A DNA stretch of 64,000 nt. Source: Ylistrum balloti (Eukaryota). The notes beneath the pieces were generated by a model. That model was not told the DNA's origin. It searched no databases and saw nothing but the letters and a program-made list of their open reading frames with translations. Made by a program: the position numbers and the translations under genes. Positions 12,715-24,566 of this stretch are shown here, one piece after another. The DNA is taken from positions 372,001-436,000 of the forward strand of contig NW_026782754.1 of assembly GCF_031769215.1 (NCBI RefSeq), written 5' to 3'. The first letter of the stretch is position 1; each line of letters opens with the position of its first letter.

Positions 12715-14202
12715 AATACATCCACGAGAAGGTAGCCTGTTTGTGAAACTCTGTGTGTGAAACTTCTTTCAACTCTTTATATGTAATTACATTCATATAG
12801 TACATTTCATTACTATGTATCACTATCCTCATTAACAGTAATTTTGTTATGTACAGGACCCGTGTATTGATTTGTAAACGTCCGCCTTGACATGTGCCGC
12901 ATGTGATGTATGTACAATTGTGCATTATGCAATTATCTACAAATGAAACGGCACTTACTGGATAAAAAAACTTTAATTGAATTGTCAAGGGGATACAGAA
13001 ATTCACAGTAAGATGAAACATGAAAGGAAGAGTGAACAACAGCATTTGTAGTGTTGTAAGTGGGCAGCCGATTGTTCCTGGTCTCTGTGATGGAAGAAGC
13101 CAAAGGAAAAAAGGAACATTCCAAATTCTGCAAGAGAGAACTCCTTTTCCAATCAGATGTGCGTTCTACGATGTCGTATGTCAACTTTTACGTTAAAAAA
13201 CATTGCGTTTTTGCTGAGTGTTCATGACATATAAATATCTATAGATGTATCAACCATTGGCTATTTACAACTGTGGTCGTGCTAATATACATAAGGGAAT
13301 GCAGTTTACTCCTTGGATGATAACAAACACTCTTGATATGTGAATTGATGTTGTTGTACAAGGATCCGCGACAACGCGTTTGTCTGTCCCGGTCAACTTT
13401 TTAAAAAGTGAAACAAAGCAACTGATTTGTGTACAGCGGTGTAGATTTGCTGAAGAGAGGGTGATAAAATGTGTATACGTTTGTTTTTTTCTCGTTTCTG
13501 TTCAATTTAGGATGAGCTGCATACGCGAATCTATAGTCGAGAGTATTGTATACTGTTACAAATACATCCCTTCATACTCAATAACTGCCTTTCGAGTTAG
13601 ATCCAAACCGAAGTTTTCTCTAATTTTAGTCACGCGATTCATGTTAGTTTTCGTATTTGTAAGCCCTAGGCACTTCCGGTTTGTGGAATCGATTGTTTGA
13701 AGCGAGAGATCTGTCTGCGAAGTATTCTACAGCGAATAGAAACTGTTACCAGGAATTTTTTAGAAATGTGTAATAACATTTATGTTTCTTTTTTTCTCTA
13801 TCAATAATCAAACGGTGAAAAACAGGAAGGAAAACTGGCTGAGACCTTTTGGTAGTATTACAGTACATCACCTCAGATATTCACCCCATCAAGAATCCAT
13901 CAAAACCTATATGACACGCTTCCAATACGTATGCATTGTTTTATGGTAGATTTCTAATTATAATTGTGATGTTAGATGTTATTATTGATTAACACACGTT
14001 TACCGAAAACCGGAAGTAGCTCGAACTAACTTTCAGGAGACACTTATCATTAAGCCAATTCCGGATATGGTTAGCTGGAAAGGCATCTATTACGACGGGA
14101 AACCTGCGTTGTTGGGGGTTCAGTGGAAAAACACCAGCCTTCATCTAGAGCATGGAAATGTATGGATTTACTTGGCTGACAGTGGTACCACAGTGAGACC
14201 CC

Positions 14203-14357
14203 TGTGGTATTGACAACATGAGGCGGCCATCTCAACACGAGAAAGTCACTTTATTGATGACGTAGCACACAGTACACAACAACAGTACAAGGGGAATAAC
14301 TCAAGCAACTTTGCACACACATGGTAACACAACACGTATCATATTATCTATACAACA
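14203..14357 (-). repeat. 3' LTR of the Gypsy element
   Basis: tgtggtattgac...ctatacaaca, matches 19498-19652. Confidence 0.93.
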
Positions 14358-14710
14358 TCTTCCATCTTAAAATTAACCTAATGATTTAGAAAAATAATGG
14401 CTATATAATCAAATTTACCCTAAACCTAGTATTACTTGCAGTGTATAATACTGTAAATGATTGTAAACGTTCATGTTACTTTCATTAATACAAATGTAAA
14501 TAATTGAAATTATTTGTAGTTCTTAGTGCAATGATTCACCATTTGAAATAAAGTTTATTATTGTCTACTTGACTTTCTGTAACTAAAATATAATTCAATG
14601 TTCGAGAACCTGCTACACATCTATTTTTCACAAGAATTAAACACATGAATACACCGACACGTGTTTGATGTTGTATTTTATGAGATGTTAATATTGTTCG
14701 AATATTCTGT

Positions 14711-17442
14711 TCAGTCCTCATAACATTTCGGTTTGATAATCGTTCTGCCACTGACACGACTCACATGTTGCTCGGGTACTGCAACAGATGGAGGTTGCCT
14801 AGCAACACCAGTCTCCTTAGCAACGTCAATGTCCTTAGCAACGACCGTTGGCATTAGGAATGTTTTTTGTTCATTCGACCTACACTGTAGTTCAGGATGT
14901 TTGGACTGCACAGAAGTAGGTTGTGCTCCTAGAATGTTCATATTTGCGTACGCGTTTGGTTGATAGTCAAACTTGTCATCACTGAAGTTTTCACGAGACT
15001 TCAGAATGTCTCTTCTGTTCCTCCCATAGCTTCGACCTTCACTTTTGATTATGCACGACCTTGGGTTGTCGTCCTTTCTGACACACTCTGCTGGTGTCCA
15101 GTTTTTTCCAGTATGTATTCTGACATATTCATCAGGAAGAATATCACGCATTCTTTTGGTTTCCTTATTGAACCATTTTTCCTGTGACCTCTGGTGTTTT
15201 CCTCCAGACGTGGACAAACAAATTTATTAGAATTGTCCCGAGGTTTTATAAGCGACTTCTTAATCGGAACAATTGTTGGTGTTTTACGTCCAATTTCCAC
15301 CGAAGAAAGACCAACACCTGAAATAGGTGTGTTTCGGATTTCTAACAATGCGATTTCTGGATCCGGGCTATCTTCCTTGCCTTTTTTGGTCAGCTTTTCT
15401 GCTGTTTGCACTATTCTTTCAGCAAATATATTGTTTTGAGGGTATCTTGGTGAAGATGTGACATGTTTAATATTGTATTCACTCATGAATGCTTGGAATT
15501 CTGCTGACGCGTGTTCGGTCAGTTCTCAGGATTTCCGGAATACCATAACGCGCGAAATGTAACTTCATATACTGAATCAATACCAAACTTGTCACATTCG
15601 GAATGTTGAATATTTAAAAATATTTTGAGTAATAATCAGCTGAGATCATAAACTTATCATCACCAAGATAAAATATATCACTCGCAAACTTCTGCCAGGG
15701 TCTGTCAAGAATTTCCTCCTGAATGAGTAGTTCCTCTTGCTGACACTTTCTATGCTTCCGACATATAAAACAATTTTCAACCTTACTTTTAATACATTTC
15801 GACATTCCAACCCAGAACAAACTAGATTAGGCAAGTTCTAAACACTTCATAAAACCTAGATGGCTGGCATGTACTTTGTTGATAATTTTACTTTGAAGCG
15901 ACAGTGATGTGACAATTCTGTCTCCTTCCATAAGTAGACCATTACACATGTTGACCTCATCCCTAATATTCCAATAGATATCGAGATTCCTTGCTATATC
16001 ACTCCTCTTATCTGGCCATTCAAGTATCACGTTTTGTTTCACCGCAGGTAATACACGATCATCGTCAACTTCCTGTATGAAGTCCGTACTTTTCCCACTC
16101 GATATACACACTAATTCGTGTACAGAAAATTCTGCGTTGCTGGGTTCATCCTTGAAAGGTGCAATGTAGAGCTCCTTGCCAGGAACATATCGAACACACA
16201 GATTATAATTCTGTATCTCATTCTTTGAATTCTCTGTGGTGCTTGTATGAGAGGCTTTTTGAACAAACTTTCGAGTGGCTTGTGATCTGTTTGAATGTTA
16301 ACCACATCTTTCCCATAGCTATACTGATGAAACTTCCCTGTTCCATAAACTATTGCTAACATTTCCTTTTCCATCTGCGTGTAATTTCTTTCCGTGTCTT
16401 TTGATGATCTCGAAGGAAAGGCTAAGGGTTTTCCTCTTTGCACGAGACACGCTCCTAGTCCAGTGGATGATGCATCTACGAACACATGTACCTCCTCATT
16501 CTGGTCATAATACTGAAGTACTGGTGTGTCCGATATGAGCTCCTTTAAACGTTGAAGTGCTCGTCTGTGTCTGTGCCTCCCAATGCCATGCTACCTTTTC
16601 CTTTAGAAGCTCAAGGAGTGGTGCATTCACTGTGGCTAGATCCGGAACAATTTTTTGTAGGTAACTGACCATGCCTAAAAGTCTTTGCAAACTTTTCACG
16701 TCATCGGGTTCTGGCATTGCCATGATTGCCTTGATTTTGTTCTTGTAAGGTTTCAGGCCATCCTTTCCAAATGTGTGACCTATATTCAACTTCATCTTGG
16801 CTGAGCATTTCTTTTCATTAAATCTGAGATTTACTATGTCTGCTTTCTCCAATACTTTTTCCAACCGTTCATTTAATTCCTGTTCGTCCTGTCCCCAAAT
16901 AAGTATATCGTCAACAATGACATCACAGTCTTGGATAGTCTCGAATATCTGTGTTGTAACTCTTTGAAAAACTTCACTAGCTGATTTGATCCTAAATGGT
17001 AATCTCTTAAACTTATATCGCCCAAATGGCGCATTAAATGCTGTCAACCAGGTACTTTCCTCGGCCAACTTTATGTGAAAGAACCCTTGCGATGCGTCAA
17101 GTTTTTTTGAATACTCTAGCATTATTTAACTTGGCTGCTACTTCCTCCACAGTTTTCATCGGGAAATGTTCTCTCTTTACCGCTTTGTTAAGATCCCCGA
17201 GATCTAAACACAATCGGACTGAACCATTTGACATTGTACGCAGCCCCTGTGTCTATTTTGAATGCAAACTTCTGATCATTTATTTTCACTTTTATGTGCC
17301 ATTCAGTTGCTTTCATAGACTTTTCTGTTCTGTTTACCATGCCAACAAACTGTGTATCACCGTAATCATCTTCATCTGTCTCGGCATCTAATGCATTCAT
17401 GAACACCCATTCTACACATTTTCGCGAAGGGATTGTTACCAT
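14711..17442 (-). pseudogene. pol: Gypsy pol remnant (protease, RT, RNase H, integrase), frameshifted
   Basis: FKIDTGA (protease, ORF 17188-17442); LDASQGF...PFGRYKFKRLPF...IVDDILIWG (RT); FVDASSTGLGACL...ERNYTQMEKEMLAI (RNase H); HASHLG...CFIC (integrase Zn finger); RPWQKFASDIF and TSSPRYPQNNIFAERIVQT (integrase core). Split across at least 7 ORFs. Confidence 0.95.
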
Positions 17443-17495
17443 GGCAATTTAGGCAAGATTTTCGATAAGCAGCACAATTTCTCGGAAGGTGTTTG

Positions 17496-18800
17496 CAGGG
17501 GCGGATTTAGAGGGGGGCGTGGGGGGCGCACGCCCCCCCCTAAAATTGGCAGAGTAAGGGTGAGTTACGAAGTATACTGGATGGTCTTGGTCGTATGTTA
17601 TGACTATCACTGTTCTAAACAGCTATAGATGACTTAAGTTGGGCTAATTTTCAAGTATACAGTAACTTTATTATAGTTGATCACATAACGACAGAAAGAG
17701 TTATCGCGATTATAGGAACTCTTTCGAAAATGAAGGCCATATTAGAGCAAAATGTGTCATTGTTGATATAGTATGAAACTGTAACGACGGTACAGTAGTC
17801 TCGAATATGTTTCAAAAGAAAATTGAATGTTTTTTTAAAAGGCGAGAGTAAGTATTTATGCCAAATAATTTCTTTAACTGTCACATGAACTGTAGACAAG
17901 CAGGCCTTGGCTTGCCACCCCTCCCCCCAACCCCTCCCATCGCCCCCGCGGTGGATGATCATACACACTTTTGTAGTAGCCTCGTGTCACCGGTTATGGC
18001 GCACTTAAGAAACGATCTTCGATTACAATTTCATTTTGCAGGATTTTGAACTAAAAACTGTTTGGATATATTGAAACATATGTGTACTATAAAATGCATT
18101 CAACAAAACAGCTGTTGAAGCCTACAAATTTCTTAAAACAATTTTCTAAATTTTAACGAAAATTCGATCACCCGTAATGGCCGGCATGTATTTTGGCGCA
18201 GCGGTCGTCTTTCCTTCTGCAAATTTTGGGAAATAGGCTAAAATTTGGAATAGTTTTAACTGCCTAGAGAACCTCCAGAAAAGACATGAATTTTCTCCGC
18301 ATTCTAGCTAAAATTGGTAACACTTTTCCGGCTTTGCACATAAAGAGTGTTAGGTGTTGGCGTGTGTTGCATTTAAAAATTTAAAATACATGTAATTCTT
18401 GAAATACATAGCCCAAAACGACAGGCAGGCACATTGACGCAAATACAAGTGCAAATACAAAAGCACACCAAAAAAGGTCTATATCACAACGCTTATTAAT
18501 AATGTCTAATGACATGCTCATTAGTAGCTTTTCTTACTCCTTACTTTTTTAGTTTTCCTATATATGATATTTTTTCGTAAACAACGCCTCCTCAAGTCCC
18601 TAAAACCAGTCATTTCCTAACGGTTTTTTGGGAGGTTTAAACCTGTTTAAACCATTTTCCGTCGGGGGGCTTCGCCCCCTTGAGCCCCCCACCAGGGCTC
18701 TGCCCTGGACCCGCTGGGGGCCTAGGCGGCCCCCAGACCCCTCGCCTGTAAGTTAATTATAACGCCCCCCCCCTAACTTAAATTCCTGTATCTGCCCTTG
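17496..18800. mobile_element. Non-autonomous TIR DNA transposon nested in gag, 5-bp TSD GTTTG
   Basis: Left end CAGGGGCGGATTTAG; right end reverse-complements to CAAGGGCAGATACAGGAATTT. GTTTG sits at 17491-17495 and 18801-18805. Removing the insert plus one TSD restores the gag knuckle frame. No transposase recognised. Confidence 0.9.
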
Positions 18801-19476
18801 GTTTGAATCCACATTTTTTGCATTTGAACATTTTTCTGTCACTTTAACCATCATTTTTGGGTTGTGAAGATGCTTGAGTTTTTTCTATTCTCTTTTTATT
18901 CCGTATTTGTTTTTATTTGATATCGTGGACATTCGCGTTCTTCGGTTCTCCTTGACCCTCTAGTTCTTTTTTCTGTTGTGTGCTGGCCTCTGACGCGCGA
19001 CAAAATTCGATGCATTTTTCTAATATTAAATCCGACCTCTCAACAGCCTTTCACGTAGATGTACATTTCTTATTCCACAAATTATGTGATCTCTGATGAG
19101 ACTACTTTCAAATGTCAAAAATTCACAGCTCTTTGCTTTTGTTTTCTAGTCTTTCACATATGCATCCATTTTCTCCTTCTTTCATATTGCGCGTGAAGAA
19201 AACATATCGTTTATACGTAATGTTCTTTCTAGGATTAAATATGACTTGAACTTCTCACATATTTTTTCATCTACATTTTCGAAGACGAACGTTTTGTAAA
19301 CGTCAGGAGTCTGAGGACTCGCGACAAGGAGAAAATTGTATGCATGCACTTTATCCTCTTCCTTATCGATTTTGGAAGCTACCTCGTAGATTTCGTAAGG
19401 TTATTTGAACCATCGCCAGTTTTCTGACAAGTTTCCGGCAAATTAAAGTTCATTGAGTGGCTTTAACCTGTCCATA
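18801..19476 (-). pseudogene. gag: Gypsy gag remnant (continues at 17430-17495 past the nested insert)
   Basis: MDRLKPLNEL*FAGNLSENWRWFK* immediately after the PBS. Across the insert it reads CKKCGFKHLPRNCAAYRKSCLNCHGNNPFAKMC (double Cys-His knuckle as in Mag-group gag). Confidence 0.85.
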
Positions 19477-19479
19477 TTC

Positions 19480-19497
19480 ATCCCACTTCTGACACCA
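19480..19497 (-). promoter_or_regulatory. Primer-binding site complementary to the tRNA-Leu 3' end
   Basis: Minus strand TGGTGTCAGAAGTGGGAT directly follows the 5' LTR; this is the complement of ...ATCCCACTTCTGACACCA, the 3' end of metazoan tRNA-Leu(CAA/CAG). Confidence 0.85.
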
Positions 19498-19652
19498 TGT
19501 GGTATTGACATCACGAGGCGGCCATCCCAACACGATGGAATCACTATATTGATGACGTAGCACACAGTACACAACAACAGTACAAGGGGAATAACTCAAT
19601 CAATTTTGCACACACATGGTTACACTACACATATTATCTTATCTATACAACA
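19498..19652 (-). repeat. 5' LTR of the Gypsy element
   Basis: tgtggtattgac...ctatacaaca, matches 14203-14357. Confidence 0.93.
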
Positions 19653-19657
19653 ATTCC

Positions 19658-20846
19658 TGTTAACCTAGCCGACTGTGGTACCACAGTAAGACCCATGTTT
19701 ACCTGGGCGACAGTGGTACCAAAGTAAGACCCCTGTTTACCTGGCCGACAGTGGTACCACAGTAAGACCCCTGTTTTCCTGGCCGACAGTGGTATCACAG
19801 TAAGACCCCTGTTTTCCTGGCCGACAGTGGTACGACAGTAATACCCCTGTTTACCTGGCCGACAGTGGAACGACAGTAAGACCCCTATTTACCTAGCTGA
19901 CAGTGGTACCACAGTAAGACCCTTGTTTTTTCCTGGCCGACAGTGGTACGACAGTAAGACCCCTATTTACCTAGCTGACAGTGGTACCACAGTAAGACCC
20001 TTGTTTACCTGGCCGAAAGTGGTACCACAGTAAGACCCCTGCTTTCCTGGCCGACAGTGGTACGACAGTAATACCCCTGTTAACCTGGCCGACAGTGGTA
20101 CGACAGTAAGACCCCTATTTACCTACCTGACTGTGGTACCACAGTGAGACCCCTGTTTACCTGACCGACAGTGGTACGACAGTAAGACCCCTGTTTACCT
20201 GGACGACAGTGGTACCACGGTAAGACCCTTGTTTACCTGGCCGAAAGTGGTACCACAGTAAGACCCCTGCTTTCCTGGCCGACAGTGGTACGACAGTAAT
20301 ACCCCTGTTAACCTGGCCGACAGTGGTACGACAGTAAGACCCCTATTTACCTACCTGACTGTGGTACCACTGTAAGACCCCTGTTTACCTGGCCGACAGT
20401 GGTACGACAGTAAGACCCATGTTTACCTGGACGACAGTGGTACCACAGTAAGACCCTTGTTTACCTGGCCGACAGTGGTACCACAGTAAGACCCTTGTTT
20501 ACCTGGGCGACAGTGGTACCACAGTAAGACCCCTGTTTACCTGGCCGACAGTGGCACCACAGTAAGACCCCTGTTTACCTGGCTGACAGTGATACCTCAG
20601 TAAGACCTCTGTTTACATGGCCGACAGTGGTACCACAGTAAGACCCCTGTTTACCTGGGCGACAGTGGTACCACAGTAAGACCCCTGTTTACCTGGGCGA
20701 CAGTGGTACCACAGTAAGACCCCTGTTTACCTGGCCGACAGTGGTACCACAGTAAGACCCCTGCTTTCCTGGCCGACAGTGGTACGAGAGTAAGACCCCT
20801 GCTTTCCTGGCCGACAGTGGTACGACAGTAATACCCCTGTTTACCT
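19658..20846. repeat. Tandem array of a 38-bp unit (GTTTACCTGGCCGACAGTGGTACCACAGTAAGACCCCT), about 31 copies; one orphan unit at 14165-14202
   Basis: Period measured as 38 (acagtaag at 20521 and 20559). The unit has a palindromic core around GGTACC. Confidence 0.97.
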
Positions 20847-22980
20847 CTCGCGTTTCCATTCGAGCCTGCTTAGTTGTCTTTCTGACATTTTTACAATGTT
20901 AACAACTTTTCCAACAAACCGATACTTTTACTGATTTTGTTATCAAGTGTATCACCTTATGAGCAATGACATGTGGTTTTCGCTAAGATATGCACAGTAT
21001 AAAAAGGAAATCTTTATTTGTTTATCAACAGTCTGGTTATGTCAATGATAACGCATGCGCATATACACAGCCGGCAGTAAACAAACATAGCACACGCATG
21101 TACTGGTCGCGACAATGCTGGCGATTAATCTTAATCCTTATTTCTGAATTGACTTATTAGTATCAAATAACATTTGTCACCTCCATAACAAAAACAGGTG
21201 TTTAAAAAAAAGTATTTTACTTCATATGTCACTAATGTCGCTTTCATTTCTGCTCCTCGTCATTATGTGTTCGTGTTTGCAAAATGAACTGCCTCATTTT
21301 CAAAACTATCGCGTGACTTTGTCTGCGCTAAATTTGAGAGAGGTTTCCCCGGACCAAAGAGGTTGTCAAGCTGGACATTGGAAATTATCAGTGGATAGCA
21401 TAGAAACGTAACTAGGAATATTAAAAAACACACGTACAATTTATAACAAAACTAATGTTTTTACCGTGATGTCCCTCTTATTTGACTGGAATTCTCCTGA
21501 GTTGAAATGATCAGTTCCGAAGACTGTTTGAAATAAAGAGAATTTCAATTGGGCATCTTTTAATTGGTTGATAAGGGTATCAAGACATTCAATGATCTTT
21601 AGAACTACTCACGCAATTATATTGTCAAACATTTACGGTTTTGGAAAGGCTATTTCGAAAACAAATCTTGCGGGCCGTTTTAGATTTTTAAAAGATGATT
21701 GAAACAAGACCATGTCAGTAGAGAACGGCATTCAATGCTGATCTATCAACTGGTAAAATAAGGGGTTTAGCTCACAGCGGTAAAGAACATTCTTCATTTA
21801 ACCTACAGACGAAACCTCAAGTCATTTCTCGGCAAAAAAAGCAGGACATCTTGAGTTCACAAAAGGTATTATGAACTTTGAATATCACACATGAAAACGG
21901 CTTTTGGGACTGTTATATACGCTAAAATCTACTTGACGGTCCACACCGATGGATTATTATAGTTTGAATGATATCCCAAACTATGACACTTATATTTTAT
22001 CCTGCAAACATTTCTGCATCACTGCCTTTAAATCGACATATGTGTTGTTAATCGCCTTGAGCTTTGATACTTACACACCAGGAAAGTGTCCATCCTTTTC
22101 CATTGTGTTGGGTCATGTTATGACGGAGTGGCTTAAGACAGGTTAACAACAGTTTGCAGTCGTCCCTGCTGTTGAATTGATAGAAATCAGTTTCAAGCCT
22201 CTGAACGGCAAACTTCTCTCCGAAAACTGCCTGTTAAATATTTTATACAGTTTTCGAACAAATGTTGGTTGATATCTCATTTCTTCTGACCGAATTGCCA
22301 AAGATGAAATCACACTTTCTGAACTTCTTGATCCACAATGTGTTCTCATCATCAACTCTTGTTATCAAAGAGAATTGCGTTATCTTTCCTGTCAGAGAAA
22401 CAAATGCAAGATTTACAAGCTCTTTGGAATTCGATTGTGTTAACGTTTCAAATCTTCCAACCATTTCTTTTAAAGCCTCGGATGTTTTGTCAGCGTCCTT
22501 CACGTTTCACTTCCGTGTTGCCACATACAGATCCGTCACCTCATAGAAGAAAAGAATCTGTTCTACCAAAGACGCCACATCTCCAAGTGGACGCGTGCGT
22601 TTTTGTAACATTTTTTTTCGTAGTAAACAATATTGTCAGAATACTAACTTGGTTACAAGCTTAAACGCAATCATTTCGAACAATTTTTTCTTGCAACTTT
22701 GAACGTAATCAAATCGTAATCGAATGTCCACACGAGGTTAATTTGATAAATTCGGACAAAGGTGTTGTTAACACATTTATTGAAAATAATGAATCAACAT
22801 TAAAGGTATTTTACATGACAGAATACAAAATTTTGATATTTCCCTCATTTTACCTTTTTTATAAAAACGAGTATAGACAAAAACATATCAGTAACTGCAT
22901 TAAGCAATACAAAGTACATGTGCGCTTGGAAGAGGCAATACATTCTGTCATCAGATAGACTAGTTATTGAATATATGTGT

Positions 22981-23334
22981 NNNNNNNNNNNNNNNNNNNN
23001 NNNNNNNNNNNNNNNNNNNNNNNNNNNNNNNNNNNNNNNNNNNNNNNNNNNNNNNNNNNNNNNNNNNNNNNNNNNNNNNNNNNNNNNNNNNNNNNNNNNN
23101 NNNNNNNNNNNNNNNNNNNNNNNNNNNNNNNNNNNNNNNNNNNNNNNNNNNNNNNNNNNNNNNNNNNNNNNNNNNNNNNNNNNNNNNNNNNNNNNNNNNN
23201 NNNNNNNNNNNNNNNNNNNNNNNNNNNNNNNNNNNNNNNNNNNNNNNNNNNNNNNNNNNNNNNNNNNNNNNNNNNNNNNNNNNNNNNNNNNNNNNNNNNN
23301 NNNNNNNNNNNNNNNNNNNNNNNNNNNNNNNNNN
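22981..23334. other. Assembly gap (N run)
   Basis: 354 N. Confidence 1.
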
Positions 23335-23539
23335 GTACCACCCCTGAGTACACAACCACGAAGTGAGGTATCAAAATAAAGCGAGGTACTTTTTCCCGTT
23401 ACCTCGCTTTGCGCACCTCGTTATCTGCTTAGAAACTTTATTTTAAGTACGCACACGAAATTTTAGCTGGTACTTCACTACAACGCTAGTTTCTCACAAC
23501 TCTGTGTGTCGCAGATCCACCGCTGTCGATTAGCTATAC

Positions 23540-23670
23540 ATCCGCCAATGGCACACACTCGGTATTTCCCGCCAAAATAACTTTCGGAACTTTCCTCACC
23601 TAGCACATCATCGCGCCTTTTCCACAGATGCTGTATCAACCTCGTTTTGACGTGAAAGCGGCATGGCAAG
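23540..23670 (+). promoter_or_regulatory. Putative promoter / 5' UTR exon of the PWWP-BRCT gene (CCAAT, E2F-type TTTCCCGCCAAA, donor AAG|gtgagt)
   Basis: ccaat at ~23545, TTTCCCGC at 23565-23572, consensus 5' splice site at 23670/23671, about 830 bp upstream of the ATG-bearing exon. Confidence 0.5.
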
Positions 23671-24499
23671 GTGAGTGTAATGATTTTTTACCGTTTGCAC
23701 GGGGTATTTTTATTTATTTTCTTCACAGACATGACTGAAAAAAATCTGCTTCAAAACGTGCAGTAGGATATGTAAAATTTAGTCAGTTTGGACAGTATAT
23801 GTCTGCTCTTAATTACTGTTACTTCCGAAGACAGGATCATCATGAAGATTATGAAAACCGCATGATTCATTTCTTTGATATTGAATCGATGTTGCAGTTC
23901 GTACAGTATTGTAACAACCTACGCTTTGCGTACATGTGTATAAATAACTGCTGCTTATATGACGAGCAAATCGGTAATTACTTAGCGTCAATTTTGTTTT
24001 GTGTGCAACAAGAACGGGAAAGGTCCATCGAAGTTTAGTGTGTAGATCTATACAATAAGACAGCGTTCCCCATTGATTAGCTATAGGCCTACAGTACCCC
24101 TGAATGAGTGTAAAAAAACCCTGAAAACTTCGGAAAAAATGGCATATTGAAAGTTTAAAATACAAGTATAGAACTACACGTAGTTTCATTGACGAACTAT
24201 CATAAGTATCTACGTTATACATTGACAGTAGTGTTCATTCACATTGTACTAATTCAGTATACGTAGAGCTCTGAATCTGCAGAGATATGGTCTTTATTTT
24301 AGACGGCTCATCTTAGAATCAAAATAAGAACAAAACAAAATTAAAACTAAACTTTCTTTTAATTTCTCTGTATATCAAAAAAATATCTGCTAAGTAGAAT
24401 CCATCTAAGATGTACAGTACTAAGGCCTACTCAGTATATATGTAAATTATGTAATATATAATCCTTGGATCTTTTGTATGCATATTGAACTTGTTTTAG

Positions 24500-24566
24500 A
24501 TGACGAAGAGAAAGAGGAAGTACGTGGAAAGGGAGGAGCCCGTCTCAGTCAATCAGTATAAAATTG
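24500..24566 (+). CDS. Exon 1 (MTKRKRKYVEREEPVSVNQYKI-G), basic NLS-like
   Basis: ttttag|ATG ... ATTG|gtaaga; phase 1 joins GDVVF. Confidence 0.75.

Larger units (their letters stand above)
14203..19652 (-). mobile_element. Full-length decayed Ty3/Gypsy LTR retrotransposon (Mag-like), 5450 bp including a nested insertion
   Basis: Two 155-bp direct repeats with TG..CA ends (14203-14357, 19498-19652; about 15 differences, ~90% identical). Also a PBS, a PPT-like aagatggaaga next to the 3' LTR, gag and PR-RT-RH-IN remnants in Gypsy order, and a degenerate 5-bp TSD ACCCC/ATTCC. Confidence 0.95.

Noticed and set aside
19658-20846. CRISPR-like array (38-bp partly palindromic repeats)
   Set aside because: Units are contiguous with no unique spacers, there are no cas genes, and the context is eukaryotic.
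22918-23379. ORFs spanning the first gap (and 54226-54587 over the second)
   Set aside because: They consist of N-derived X residues.
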